From assembly GCA_009914755.4 (NCBI GenBank), contig CP068257.2:37024001-37088000 (forward strand): DNA of 64,000 bases, in the 5' to 3' direction. The translations under genes were made by a program, and so were the position numbers. Below are positions 1-14,260 of this stretch, piece after piece. Each line of letters starts with the position of its first letter. The first letter of the stretch is position 1. The notes beneath the pieces are model-generated. The model saw only the letters and a program-made list of their open reading frames with translations, was not told the DNA's origin and did not search any database. This DNA comes from the human T2T-CHM13v2.0 reference genome, Homo sapiens.

Positions 1-164
1 CTCAGTTCTAAGTAACATTTACATAGTTATAATAATGTTACAAATGCATATCAACTTAACCAACATTATGATTTACCTACATTGGAAGGATGGAGAAACA
101 GGAGATGGGGGAAGGGGGCATGAGCTAAATTCTCATCTACCTTAGGAGAAAATTGATAATGTCT

Positions 165-524
165 GATATGGTTTGCCTGTGTCTCCACCCAAATCTCATC
201 TTAAATTGTAGCTCCCGTAACTTCAACGTGTTGTGGGAGGGAGCCGGTGGGAGATGATTGAGTCATGGGGTGGTGTCTCCCACACTGTTCTTGTGGCAGT
301 GAATAAGTCTCACAAGATCTGATGGTTTTATGAGGGGAAACCCCTTTCACTTGGCTCTGATCTGTCTTGCCTGCCGCCATGTAAGATGTGCCTTTCACCT
401 TCTGCCATGATTGTGAGGCCTCCCCAGCCACGTGGAACTGTGAGTCCACTAAGCCTCTTTTTCTTTATAAACTACCCAGTCTCAGGTACGTCTTTATCAG
501 CGGCGTGAAAATGGACTAATACAA
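165..524 (+). mobile_element. THE1-type MaLR solo LTR
   Basis: Starts TGATATGGTTTG..CCACCCAAATCTCATCTTAAATTGTAGCTCCC..GTGTTGTGGGAGGGAGCC and ends ..ATGGACTAATACAA. Matches the THE1/MST LTR consensus over about 360 bp with TG..CA termini. Confidence 0.85.
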
Positions 525-874
525 AGTCCAAATGAAAAGCTCATGAAAACGCAGTGATGTATCAACAAGGAGGTAAATGACAGAAGAAACAGCTAAGAGG
601 ACAGCAGTTACCTCTAGGAAAGGGGGCTCTCTGGGAAAATGGAAGGCAGAGAACTGCTATTTTTCATTATAAGCGCAGAAATACTATTTGACTTTTACAA
701 CTATGTATTAGCATGAGAAATATAACAACTAGAATAGAACAGTGATAAAACATGTAGAAAATTTCACAGTGAATAAACTAACGCATACATAGATAGGCAA
801 CCGTTTTCTGAGAGTCAGTTGTGAACCCAGAAAAGGCATAAAATCCAGTTCTTCAGAGCCATCCCATGCTCATT

Positions 875-1238
875 GCATGTACCACCAGTTTGTTTCCTCC
901 CAAAATTCACATGTTGAAATCCTAACCCTCAAGGTAATGGCATTAGGAGCTGGGGGGCCTTTGGGAGGTGATTAGGTGTTGAGGATGGACCCTTCATGAA
1001 TGGGATCAATGCCCTTATAAAAGGGACCAGAGAGAGCTCCCTTCACCCCTTCTACCATGTGAGGACACAGCAAGAAGATGCCATCTATGAACCAGAAAAT
1101 GGGCCCTCAACAGACAACAAACCTGCCAGTGCCTTGACATTGAACTTCCCAGCCTCCAGAACTATGTGAAATAAAGTCTTGTTTATGACCATCCAGTGTA
1201 CAGTATTTTGTTATAGCAGCCTGAATGAACCAAGACAC
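875..1238 (-). mobile_element. MaLR-class LTR (MLT/MER-like, 'ctataacaaaata..cacagttctggaggctgggaagt' family), antisense
   Basis: The reverse complement reads gtcttggttcattcaggctgctataacaaaatactgtacactgg..catagttctggaggctgggaagttcaa..ggattt caacatgtgaatttt, the canonical start and end of this LTR family. The subfamily name is uncertain. Confidence 0.6.
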
Positions 1239-4200
1239 TCATCATCAGGGCTGTTGCATCTGCCCCTTCCCACCACAGTCTCACTAAAGCAACCGGAAAG
1301 AGGCACCAAATACGTCCCCCTTTGTTATGTTAGTAACACAGTCATGTTATAATACAAAATAAACTAAGCAATGTCAAACAGATCAACATAATTATTTAGT
1401 ATGACATAAACCTCTTCCAAATGCACATGCAAATTTTTTCATTATTTACCTTTTAAAAGCCTTAAAGCTTAAAGTGAAAATTAGTGTGAAAAAAAAAACA
1501 AATTTCTGAAAGGTAATTTGTCAGTCTATATCAAAAGATTAAAGATACATATCTTTCATCACACAATTCCACTTTCAAGAGCGTATCTCAGTCTGATAAA
1601 CTACAGCATGGTTTGAAACAGTAATTTTCATCTTGGAGGCATGTGAGAATACTGATTCCTGGGCCCCACCCCAAGACAGCCTGATTCAATTGGCCTGGGA
1701 TAGGACTTGGGCATCTGCATTCTGCACTCAAGATTGGGAATTCCTGGTTTATAATATAGAAAACTAGAAACAGCCTGAATACTCAACAGAAGAGGACTAG
1801 GTAGATAAATTTATAATGACAGAGACATACGATGGAATACTAGACAGTTTAAAAGTAATGTGGCATTAAAAATATCATTAAGCATACCTATGAACATGGG
1901 CAGATACTTCTAATGTGCTGGTAAGTGAACAAAACAGGTGCCAGCACATATATATAAAAGTGTATATATAATATGATCCCCTTTGGGGAAAAACATGTGT
2001 ATAAGAGAGAAATTCCACTATCTGGAATGAAATGCATTACTTTTCAATAGCCATTATGTCTGAGTGCAGAAAGATTTAATTTAAATACTTTTGTTCATCT
2101 GTATGCTCACGGTAAACAAAGTATTATTGACACCATCTTCTAAAGTTCAAAAATGCTGTTATATATCACTTGTAAGTTTTAAACATTTTAGTACTGTTCA
2201 TATAGATTTCACCTCACACCCCACCCTGCCCCAGCCAATAAATCCATATACACAGACCCACTCAAACTCTCACCTGCAGATTTTCAGAGCACACTACATC
2301 CTGCCAAGTCTCCAGCGTGAAGAACAACTTTTGCATAGGTTTCATCTTTCCTTTGTATTAATAGGTAACAAAGTCTGGCTGCCTCAAACTCAGAACATCC
2401 TTGCAACACTGTTACACCCACTGATCTTCCAAGTTCACCTTCACAAATGTGCAAGGGATGAGGGGGACAAAGACCAAGTCACCAGCACCACTCCTGATCC
2501 CCCAGATTCCAGCCCAGGTAAACCATTCAGCATCATTGGTCAAAGGTATTGGGTCACTGAAGGAGGAGAGGGGTAGAAACAAGGCATTGATTCAAATACT
2601 TCCAAAATATGTATGTGTTTTCCCAAGCAGCTGTTACTCCCCAGCTTGAGGAAAGTGCTGAGTTACAGATGATGGAGTATGAAACACTGAGAGAGGGCAC
2701 ACCCTGTGCCTTCGCAGCAAGAATGGCAGAGCTACAGTGGCTTTGGTGTTTTACTTCACCCACTTTTATGCCTACTCTTTTCTTAGCGCCCCCTTCCCTT
2801 ACTCATTGCATCAAAGTGATCCACTGAAAAGAATTAAGTCAACTGCAGAGTTCCAGATAGCTATCCTCAGGAGTTTTAAAACTTAAGATGAAAGCAGTCA
2901 GGGAATTAAGACTAAATCCCGAATATGTAAGAAAAGGGCTTTCCCACGTGGCACAATACACGTACTGTCTGCTTCACAGGTCCAGCCTGGTAGCAATCAG
3001 GCAGGATACCAGAGCACGCAGGAAATCCAAAATTAGGTTTTACTACCTATAATGGAAGATTTACGGGATGGTTTAATTGGTAGTCTCAGGACTAAAACCT
3101 GAAGCAGGGGAACAAAAACGTCTTTCTGGACACAGCCAGTGAGCCCACGTGCACCCCATGACACTCGCTCATAGGACACACAGGCCCGAGGCTGCAGGGG
3201 ACAGAGTAAGGTCACAACTCCTCCTTCTCCCAACCTTGATGCACACCAAAGCCAACAACATGCTATTTCCTGTTCCTTTTATTTAAGAGGCAAATTTGTT
3301 TCTTGTGGTAGAATGGGTCTTCAAGCTACACACACAAACTCAGGTGTTCCGCAAAACAAAAGAACTCATTCAATTCAGTCCTCCCCTGTATTTCCAAACC
3401 ACAGGGGCAACACTCACAAGCTGCAAAGAGGATTCCGCCCCACCGGGAATGCATCGGTCTGCACCTGTCTGTTGCCATTTTCAGGGTTAGCAGGGCCACT
3501 GGAAAATTTCCTCAGTACCATTTTGGGTCAATGTAAAGGATAATTGAAGTGCATGTTTCTGTAAATTCCACGTGCTCAGAGAGATTTCAAGTAAACACAG
3601 GAAAATAAGAACTGTGGGCTTGAGCCATATGTTGGCAGGCCACGTGGGGCAGGAAGAACACACACTGTCCAGGCAGTGAGTAACTGAAAACCAAGTGCCC
3701 ACAGACACCATCCACTGCCAGAACTTGGGAAGCTGGGGTCCCAAGGGACAGTCCCCTCTGCTCACCCTCTCCCCTCCTTTCTTTCTCACCCTCTCAACAA
3801 ACTTTAGTGGAGTTGGCTTTTTTTCCTAGAGGCCTTCATAGCCACTTTTTCCCCTCTCCAGGTGGTAGCCTGGGACCTACTGTGCAGAAGGACACACAGG
3901 TCTGAATTGAGGTCAAGCCAGGAAGAGGAAGAAGTGCAGAGCAGGGCAGCCACTGGCTTCTGAAATCCAATGGAAGAGGCGGCACCATTTAGTAGCATGA
4001 CATTCTGTCTGCAAACCACCATGATGATATTGTTACTAAGTAGAAGAATCCCTTTTAAAAGAACTTTCGATATATTATAACATACTATAACAAGATGGGA
4101 AGACATTTTTCCTTTTAATAAATTGATTTTCGTAAAGGAGATTTCAACTTTCCAGTGATGGACACTTTTCCTGGCTTCCACTTGTTTTCTGAAGGTTTCC

Positions 4201-4652
4201 ATTTGGGTGTGATTTCTTAGCAAACAAGAGCCTTCCCAAACATTGCCTGCAGACATCTTGGTCTGTAGAAACACCTTATAAGGAGATCAACGTATAACAC
4301 AGTCTTTTTCTACCTAGAGAATTAGCAAAGGGTGAAATTTGGTATGACAGGGGTCTTCCCTGGATTCCTTTCAATGTAGTCCAAGGAAGAACTAACTTAG
4401 GCTGAATTCTATTAAGACAAGGTTATCACAATATTTACAAGATTATTTATCAGGATTATATCAATTAAATATTTTGGGGGAAAAAATTGCCATACAAAAA
4501 TCATATTAAAATTGAGCCAAGCAGTGAAACAACTCTGAAATGGCCTAGAAATAACATGTATTTGATATTCACTTTTTCTGAATACAGATGTGATCTTCAT
4601 GCCATCATTGACCCCAGGTGGTAAGGATCATTAATGTTTCTAGAATCCTACA

Positions 4653-4943
4653 CTGGGCAGCTGATGCCTGTAATCCTAGCATTTTGAGGGGCCAAGGAGG
4701 GAGCATTTCTTGAGCCCAGGAGTTAGAGAGCAGCCTGGGCAACACAGCGAGACCCCATCTCTACAAAAATATTTTAAAACTTAGCCGGGCATGGCAGCAT
4801 GCACTTGTAGTCCCAGCTACTTGGGAGGCTGATGTGGGAGGATCATTTGAGTGTGGGAGATGGAGGCTGCAGTGAGCTGTGGTCACACCACTACACTCCA
4901 GCCTCAGTGACAGAATGAGACTCTGTCTCAGAAAAAAATAAAC
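4653..4943 (+). mobile_element. Alu SINE (5'-truncated by ~15 bp, older AluS/J-like)
   Basis: CTGTAATCC..TTTGAGGGGCCAAGGAGGGAG..AGCCTGGGCAACA..middle A-rich linker..right arm..GCTGCAGTGAGC..poly-A. Confidence 0.9.
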
Positions 4944-5767
4944 GATTTTAAAAATTTTAAACCCTTAAAAATAAGTAAATAATAAATTCCTACACTGTTG
5001 TACAGTTAACGGCCCCAATTACTAAGCTCAAAGGGAATTACCCAGAAAAGGCAAGAAAAACCTAAGTGTGAACTATGGCTATAGAGAAACAAATATATGG
5101 CTTGTAATATAAATAGGTTTCATATACATAAGAGTGTAGGCATACATTGCAATGTATCATCTCATCTGACCCTGCTACCAAATAAACCACAATGTGATTT
5201 TGCTACTGTGGAATCCACTGTGAAACGAGTCATATTTCAAAGAGGTATTTTTAGTGATTTTTAAGGGCAAGAATTCACAGACTTCAGATCTGGGTTCCAC
5301 GTGACCATGACAAGCACTTGGTCAGTTCTGCGGCTTGGGCTCCAAATTCAATGTGTGGATCACCACTGACTCAAACTAACTCTATCTGTAAGATGATTCA
5401 AAAGAGACAATTTGGAAAAACAGAAGGGAGGAAAGACTTGAGAAAGAGTGAGCTTTTACAACTAAACAGTATTTGCTTGAATTTAAACACCACTTAAAAC
5501 ATAGACAACAAAGACAAAAAGCATCAGTGAAAATGTATGTCCCTTTTACATTCCAAATACAGGCCCAGAAAGCAATAAGCAAAAGGCACAGCTGGGCTCT
5601 GTATAGCCGACTTGTTGATGTTTAATGCAGGTACCACTCTGATCTCAGCCCCCAGATAGAAGCATATACTCTAGTGATGGCCCAGGAAGACGTCGACCAG
5701 CACAAAGCATCACCACACTTCCCACATTCTGAGTTGGATGCAACCATTCTCTTAGAAACCTAGTCTT

Positions 5768-6104
<337 letters not shown>

Positions 6105-9100
6105 TCATGGTAACATCCTTTACCATTTAATCTCTCCTAGAAGACAGGGCATTGCCATACCATTACTCACTTGAAGATGAGAAGTGGAGGATTTGTTAGG
6201 ACTGCAGGTGATGAGGAGAGACTCAAACAGAATGTTAGATTCTGACCGATCTGCTCTGGTTTCACACACTTCTTTCCCTTCCTAAGAATCTGCTTTTCCC
6301 TTCATGTACTTTTTCCTATTTTCAGTATCACTGGGTCATTTCTAGTAACTCTGCTTAAGTGATCCTGTCAGCTACAGGGCGTGGGTGGGTTATTCAGCTC
6401 TGCCTCACAGAACACTCACCCTCCATCTCTGAGTCAGTTGCCTTTTAATGGAAATACTATTCGCTGATCATGTTCATACCGGCCCAGTTTTGTTTCTCTT
6501 GACAATGGCCCAGGTGTTTTTCTCTTCTGATTGAGTTTTGGGGTAAGCTCAGCATCTTTGTTGTTGTTGTTTGTTTTATTACATTTCCATTTTTACTGGA
6601 GGGGAAAGATCAGAGTCAATGTGATCCAGCTGCTGCACGTCAGTCCCGCCACATGACCTGCACTGTTACATCCAAAGCGTGCAGGGAAAAGGCTGCGTGC
6701 TCAGGTCCAGAAGTTCATAAAGGCAGCCTCTCCCATCAGCTCACCGGTGGCTGCCAGCCTCCATGCCGCCTTGCTCTCTCTAGGCTACTGGTTTTTGCAA
6801 CCTTCTGCTTTTGTCCACTCATAACTTTGATAAGTACCGTGTCACCTTCTCATACGTGGAAAACATGTGGTCAGCGATTCGGCATGTTTAATGGTGCTTG
6901 AACAATACAAAGGGGAGCTGTCATCCATCTTTTGTTTTCTCATTATCAGTTTTCAGGCCACGTTCTAAACAAGGACGACAACCAACAGAACATCATTCCC
7001 TGGTGTCCCAGTCCTTGCTTACTTTGAATCTCCTCACCACCTTCAGTCCTTTCTAAGGTCACGTACGGGCATCCACCGTCTTTTTTCCTAAACAGAATAC
7101 TTTGCAAAGTCAAGTATTGGCATTTCGTATTTAAGCCATGCATCCTCAAGGAGGCTAAAATTAGTTCTTGAAGGATGAAAAAAGTCTTATTCCTTTTCTG
7201 TATAAAGCACAGATATACCTAAATGTAGACATACGTATATGTATAATGCAAAGTACTAAAACAGTATATCTGTGGTATTAAATTTTCATGTGAGGAGGGA
7301 CAATTAGGAAAAAAAATCAGAAAATGCTTTTTAGGAGGTTGATCATGAAAACAGGAGGTTGGTCATGAAAAAAAAGGTTGAAAAACACTAATTTAAGCCT
7401 AAATGTAACTACATTACAAAATGTCACTACTTCTTGCTGGTTTTGGCACCAGTGCCTCAGGTGACACAGAAATACTAAGTTTTCTTTTATTCTGATATGC
7501 TTAAGGTATCCCCAAAATGATTTCTCTAAGTTGGGAATTGAAAGGGTTATGTTACACTCATTCACTCTTTAACAAGTCATATACACGTCACCTCCTATTT
7601 TAGAAGCCAATGGGTATTAAAGCACAAGAAATAAAACCACTGAAAAAGCAAAAAATAAAAAGGAAAGAAATAAAGACTCGGCACTCTGACACAGATGAAG
7701 CAGATGATTATGTTTATTTAAAACAGCAACTTATTTTTTAATGTCTATGAACTAAAGATTTCTCAGGACATCTTATTTCATGTTAAGTGTCCAATGCAGC
7801 AATCTTTGCCTTGCAAAGCCCATTACAAATAGGCTTGTGCATTCCAGAAAGGAAGCATGCATTTAACTTTCCCAAATATGTAATATGCAATTCTTTTTTT
7901 TAAATTTTTTACTTGCTTGGAGCAAAGACTGAAAGCAAGTATTTAATCTCGCTTCCTTTGCCAGTGCAAACGTAACTAATTCTGATCCTCATTTCCATTT
8001 CTTCCTTAATCTTTTTAAATCAGGGTTGGGCCAGCATTTATTCCCAACCTTTTGGAGAAGTAGCCTGTATTTCAAATGGGGCCGCGATGCTACCGCATGT
8101 TGTCCTGACCAGTGCCGTCCTGATCCTTGCTGGAGAAAGAAATGGAGGCATTTTACTCACAATCACAGAGCTTACGTATGCCAGCATTACAGAATGCAAA
8201 AAATAACTTTGCAACAATCTGAAAGGGTAATTTATGGAGCGTGGACAGTAAATGGGGTATGTTTTCTGTCCTGAAAATCCCAGATGAGGGCAGGCTTATG
8301 AATAATTTTCAAAAATCAGGAAGTCTGTGGAAATCCCTACTGTCTTATAAAGATTGCACCGTGCTCATCGCATCTCCCACGGCCTCTGCCTCCTCCTCCA
8401 CCTCCTCCGAGGTTCCTTGGTCCTGACTCCTAATGGCAAGGGCCAAAGAACACAGGCACCTGCCTCCAGCAAATCCACTCCGATTCCCCCTCATTCCCAG
8501 ACACAAATTTCCATGAAAACCAGACAGAGGACAGAAAGCAGGGGCAGGATATTCCAAAAGCACTTCAGATCTGCAGCCTGATTTCATTGGACTCGCTGGC
8601 TTGTTTCTTTTAGTCCCTGGGTGTGTTGACTGCAGGAGAAACCTCACTAACGACGACACTTCAGAACTGTGAGTCCAAACACTTAAGGAAGGACGTGCCC
8701 AGGAGGAAGGTCTAGAAGCTCAGAGACAGTGAGGAAGGGGCATTGCTCAGCGATGCTTAGATGCCTTCATGAGCTGACTCTACTGGGAGTCACTTGTCAT
8801 GCCCCTGAATCCACCCACACATCTCTATAACATATGAAAACTGTTCAGCCCAAAGGAAAAAATAAACTCGATGGTTCTCATTAATCCAAGTTTAACTAAA
8901 CACAACAGTTTCCAAGAGTACATTTCAGCCATTTCGTACCCGCAGATACCCAACCTGAGAAGCTGATGGGAAACGGCTGTTTTGGCATCACCGAGGGCTG
9001 CGGCAGGCAGCACCCAGGGGGCTTCTGTCTCCCCTGTGGCGCTGCAGCTGAGAGCCACACCCATGAGCTGATGACGTAGCGTTTCTCTCAAAGGTCTCCC

Positions 9101-10125
9101 TTGATGATGTGGCAAACTGCAAGGACCAAGCACAGAGGCACCTGGACACCAACCCTTCCCTGCGAGCCACATGGCCAGTCAAACGTTCTGGTTACCGGGG
9201 ATGACACGCTTTTTCCGACAAGATTTTAAGCACTTGTGGCTTACATCAATGTGGTCTCGTATTCATTGTGTGTTTAGACCACTTGCCTCGCACGTTCTCA
9301 TATTTACACATGTTCACTGAACGTAACCTCAAGTGAATTATTTAAGAAGCCTTAATGTGCTTCAGACTGCTCAAATATAATTTAGACTTTAAATTAAATT
9401 TGTACTCTGATACGAAACTGCAATGCTTGAATGCAGCTTACGGCATCAAGTGGACATGCAGGAGGCCTTGGAATAGAATTTCAGTTACCCCTAAAGGGCT
9501 CACACCTAGTGGCCCACGTTCCTTATAGGACGAAACAAGATTCAACTACAAAATCCAACTCATTGCCTACGTTTGAAAGCTGGGGAGCCTGCAGTACACA
9601 AGATAAAGTCTTGCTTCTCCATTTGTCCTTACGTGACCCTACAATGAAGCATCGCTACACACCAGAGACGTATAATGCTAGACGCGAGAACACACAGCCA
9701 TGCTCCTTGGTCAGAGGTTTTGGGTATGGTTGGGTGTTTTAATAAACCACAATATTCCTTCTCCTTCACTGTTTGGTTACCAATAATTGTGCTGCCTTAG
9801 GTGTAAAATTCAATATGGTGATTAGAGTCTAGAGAAGCCACACTTATTTTATTTAGCAGTTTTTGTTTTATTTTTACAGTAAGCACTGCCCACTGGGAAA
9901 AATAAACCAAAATAAAAAGAGTGAAATTCCCTTATTATGCACTAGCGATAATGAAAACAAACTTATCTACAAAGAACCACAGACGAGAAATTTGCCTAGA
10001 GACCAGCTACTGGAACTAAAAACAAATTTCTTATTCAGGAAAATGTGAATGAGTAAGAATCTGCTAGTGAAGTTTCTTACTTTGCACAAAAAATTAAATG
10101 AAATCTTAACTTTAAGAGTAGCATA

Positions 10126-10431
<306 letters not shown>

Positions 10432-11149
10432 GAGTGGCATAGTTAAAAGGGTAGAAGGTTACTCAATGACGCATCACGTATAGTACACATATAGCACACT
10501 GATAATAACAAATGGCATGTAAGCACTGTGGATTGACTTCAGAAGACTTTTCCATAAGCTTCAGTATCACAAACGAAGGGAAAAGCCTGTGTTATGTGCA
10601 ACCTGTCATGATCAAATAGTGTGAATATGTCCTTGTAAAGGTTAATTCTATAGCAATACATTTAGTTGATGTGCTTTCTTCCTCTGGGATTCTAGCACTT
10701 TAAGAATGCCGTTCTTCAAAATAATCAATTGTATTATTCTCAAGAAACATGCAAAATAAGAAATTTGTCATCAAGCTGGAATTATCTTTAAATAGAGGAT
10801 ATTCAAATAGCATTTTTATGCCTGGAGTTGTCGCAGCATGATTCCGGCAAAAGCCGCACTATTTGTTAGCTGGCACACAGAGTTTTGGCCTGAAATTCAG
10901 TATTTTATTTTACCCTTTAAAAGCATGAAGTGACTCAACAGGAAATTATACATACATTTTTCCCTCCAATGTAAAAACTGCAGATCTAGTACCGAACATG
11001 TCACGCTGGCATTCAATTTTCTATTGCTATCATATCTGGTTCCTTAGTGACATAAGGTCACAAAACTTCTACTCCTGTGGCCAAGAGACATAATAGATGT
11101 TGCGGTTGCTCATTATATTAAATTTGAATTCCTAAGCTAAACATTCTAG

Positions 11150-11420
11150 ACCTGCACTATTCGGCATGGTGGCCACTAGCCACATGTGACTATGGAGCCC
11201 TTGAAATGTGACCAGCCCAGATGGAGACGTGCTGTAAATATACACTACACAATGGATTTTGAAGATTTCATATAGAGAAAAAATAAAGTCAAATATCTCA
11301 TCCATATTTTACACTGATTACATTTGAAATGGTAGTATTTTCAGCATGTGTTACATAAATTACATTATTAAAATTAATTCCACCTGTCCCTGTCTTTTTT
11401 AATTTGGCTACTGGAAGATT
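11150..11420. mobile_element. Probable hAT-type DNA transposon relic (MER1/Charlie-like)
   Basis: Contains the characteristic ..GGTGGCCACTAGCCACATGTGACTATGGAGCCCTTGAAATGTGACCAGCCCAGATGG.. motif (tagccactagccacatgtggctat.. in MER-type elements). Boundaries and family are uncertain. Confidence 0.35.
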
Positions 11421-12654
11421 TAAAACTACCCTTGAAGTTCATGTTCTATTTCCTTTGCCCAGCACTGCCAGGACCTTACACGGACTCTGCCTCCACGTCA
11501 CTCGCTCCCTTCCGGTCACTTCCATAACAGGCCCGCCACTCTGACCAAGATAACTACACACAGCAGAGTCCCATGGGTGGATCTCAGCATCCGCCTGCCT
11601 GGTTCTGATGCTGCCCTGGTTCCCACTACTGTGTGACTCCAGGCAAGGTGCTCAGCACTCCTGAGCCTCACTGCTATTCTGGAAAATGAGGACAATTAGA
11701 GCACCTCCTGCAAAGAGCCACAGTGAAGACAGTCCTGGCAAAGTGTCTCCTGTGGCTATACCATCTGGTGAGTGAATGTCACCTGCCACCTTCCACAACA
11801 TCACACCTCTCCCTTCCCTTATGTAAGACTGCTTTCTTCCCTACCTCTTAACTTTACACCTGAGATATTGAAGTAGGTGTCTGGTCTGATCCCTCCAACA
11901 CTCCAGAGGATTTGGTCAGTTTCCACACTGTGTGACCCACTCCCAGGTAACACTTCCACCCTCCAAACACACCAGCAGGCCTGACTCCTCCACCCTCCCG
12001 CCCACTGCTATCTCTACCATTCCCGCCAATCCAGATCCAACACGCCATGGCACAGCTCAAGGGCCTCAGCCTCCGGGTAGCATGCTCTGATCCTCTGATC
12101 TTCCTATGGAATGGTGTAGATTGCTTTTGGATTGCATGATTCTATTTTATGTTATTTATACTCTACCTTGTTCCCAAAAAGGGACTCAAAGTGGTCTACA
12201 AGGATATATGCAATATGACAAGGTTGTTTAAAATTCAGAAGCAAAATAAAAAATAAAGATGATGCTAAAGGGAAACAAGGGTAAGAACATAAACTCGAGC
12301 TAGGAATGCAATGGCCCGCCAGGCAGGCCTCAGGGTCTCACATATCTGCTGGAGTTGGGTCATTCACACGTCTCCAAATAATGAAATCCAACCAAATGCT
12401 CAGACAATGACTCCTGATGCTAAGGCTAAAAATGAAATCCTCCAATGATTCCATAAGAAAGAAGGACCTGTGTGATAGCAAGCATGCCCAAGAACGGCCC
12501 TACAGCAAACCCAGTGTATTGCACGAGGCTGTCTCCCTGCTCGGGAACATCTCCTCCATTGCCATACAGTCTAGAGCCCTGTTCACTGCCATGCTGGCCC
12601 AGTTGAACCAGGTGGTCCCACTGAGGATGCCACTCTTGTTGGTGTGTGAACTCA

Positions 12655-12965
12655 TCTCCTTCGAGATTTCATGATGCGCACATTCACCCCCGTTCTAGAT
12701 TTCATGACACAAGCATTCACCCCTTTTCTAGATTCTATGGCAAGTATGTTCACCCACTTTCCAGATTGCACGGCATTCGCATTCACCGCCTAGATTCTAG
12801 ATTCCACGGCATGCACATTCGCCCACTTTCTAGATTCCACGATGTGAATGTTCCCCTCCTTTCTAGACTCTGTGGTGTGAATGTCTGCCCCAATTCCATG
12901 GCATTCTTGCTCACCTCCCTTTCTAGATTCCATAGCATGCGGATTCATCCTCTTTCTGGATTTTG
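12655..12965. repeat. Minisatellite, ~33-bp unit x ~9-10 imperfect copies (consensus ~ TTTCTAGATTCCACGGCATGCACATTCACCCAC)
   Basis: Visible periodicity in agatttcatgatgcgcacattcacccccgttct / agatttcatgacacaagcattcaccccttttct / agattctatggcaagtatgttcacccactttcc / ..agattccacgatgtgaatgttcccctcctttct... It generates the repetitive 145-aa ORF (SRFHD..IHP..)n. Confidence 0.85.
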
Positions 12966-13947
12966 CCTCCCTGAAGGCACTGTGCAAGTCTTCTGCATAG
13001 TGTCTTGCATGAAGTCTTACACAGAACATAAGGCAAAAACATGGACTAAATGGACAGCTTGCCTTCCACCATACAGTCTGTAGCTTCTAGCCTCCGTTCC
13101 TTTGCACGTGCCTTTCCCAGGATCCGGAGCACCCCCTCTGTGGATGGAGTCCTGTATCTTCTCACCTTGAGTCAAATCTGACTGCCCGCTGATCTCTGCC
13201 TACTCAGCATTCCCTGAATTCTCAGGCATTCCACTTGTCCTGTATTAATTTCCACCTGTAGGTATTTATCCTAAGGACACCGCATTTAGAGTGTCCTTGC
13301 AAGAGGGGATGCTCCTCTCTTCAGCTAAACTTAGCTATTTAAAGTAAAAAGGGTGGTAGTTTTGTTTACCTGTTAACACAACTCATGGAAGAGAGAAAAA
13401 TTCAAGCATGCCACTAATTGCTGCAGTCAGACAGACAGGTGGATAGGCGGGCTCCATAGCGGAATGTTCTGGCTTCTCCCACTAAATTTGCAGTTGTTCG
13501 TCTAATCTCTAGACGTGTCCCGTGTCTTAACAGTCCCTGTATGACTTATGCTCCCACCTCTTGTTTGGGACAGTGCTCTCATTTAATAGATGCTCAATAT
13601 ATTTTAATTAAGAAATGTATTTTCACGTTGCTTAAGACCCATAAAGAACAATTAATACAATGTAATGCTTAATTTTGCAAAGAAAAAGTTTATATTGATG
13701 CTAAATGCATTTACAAATGTGCTCGTAATGTACAAACAAATACAGCCCTTACTGTGGGTTACACATACTTATGAAATGATTTTATTGACTTACCTTTGGT
13801 TTTACAATTTGGCTATGGGGTACTTAGAAGAAACTGCCCTTGTGGGACATTCTGTCTAATCACTTATATTTACAAGCCTTAGAAAACTGTAAAAATATAT
13901 TCAGTTTCATTAAGAGATATTCGATCTTCAGAACTGATACTATTTCA

Positions 13948-14260
<313 letters not shown>

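Noticed and set aside
12655-12965. Possible CRISPR-like array (regular ~33-bp repeats)
   Set aside because: The units are directly adjacent with no unique spacers. They are degenerate copies of one another, there is no leader or cas context, and the host DNA is primate. It is a minisatellite.
12646-13083. 145-aa ORF with periodic SRFHD/IHP motif (and an 79-aa antisense ORF)
   Set aside because: It is a translation of a 33-bp minisatellite. The period is divisible by 3, so the frame stays open. It is not a protein.
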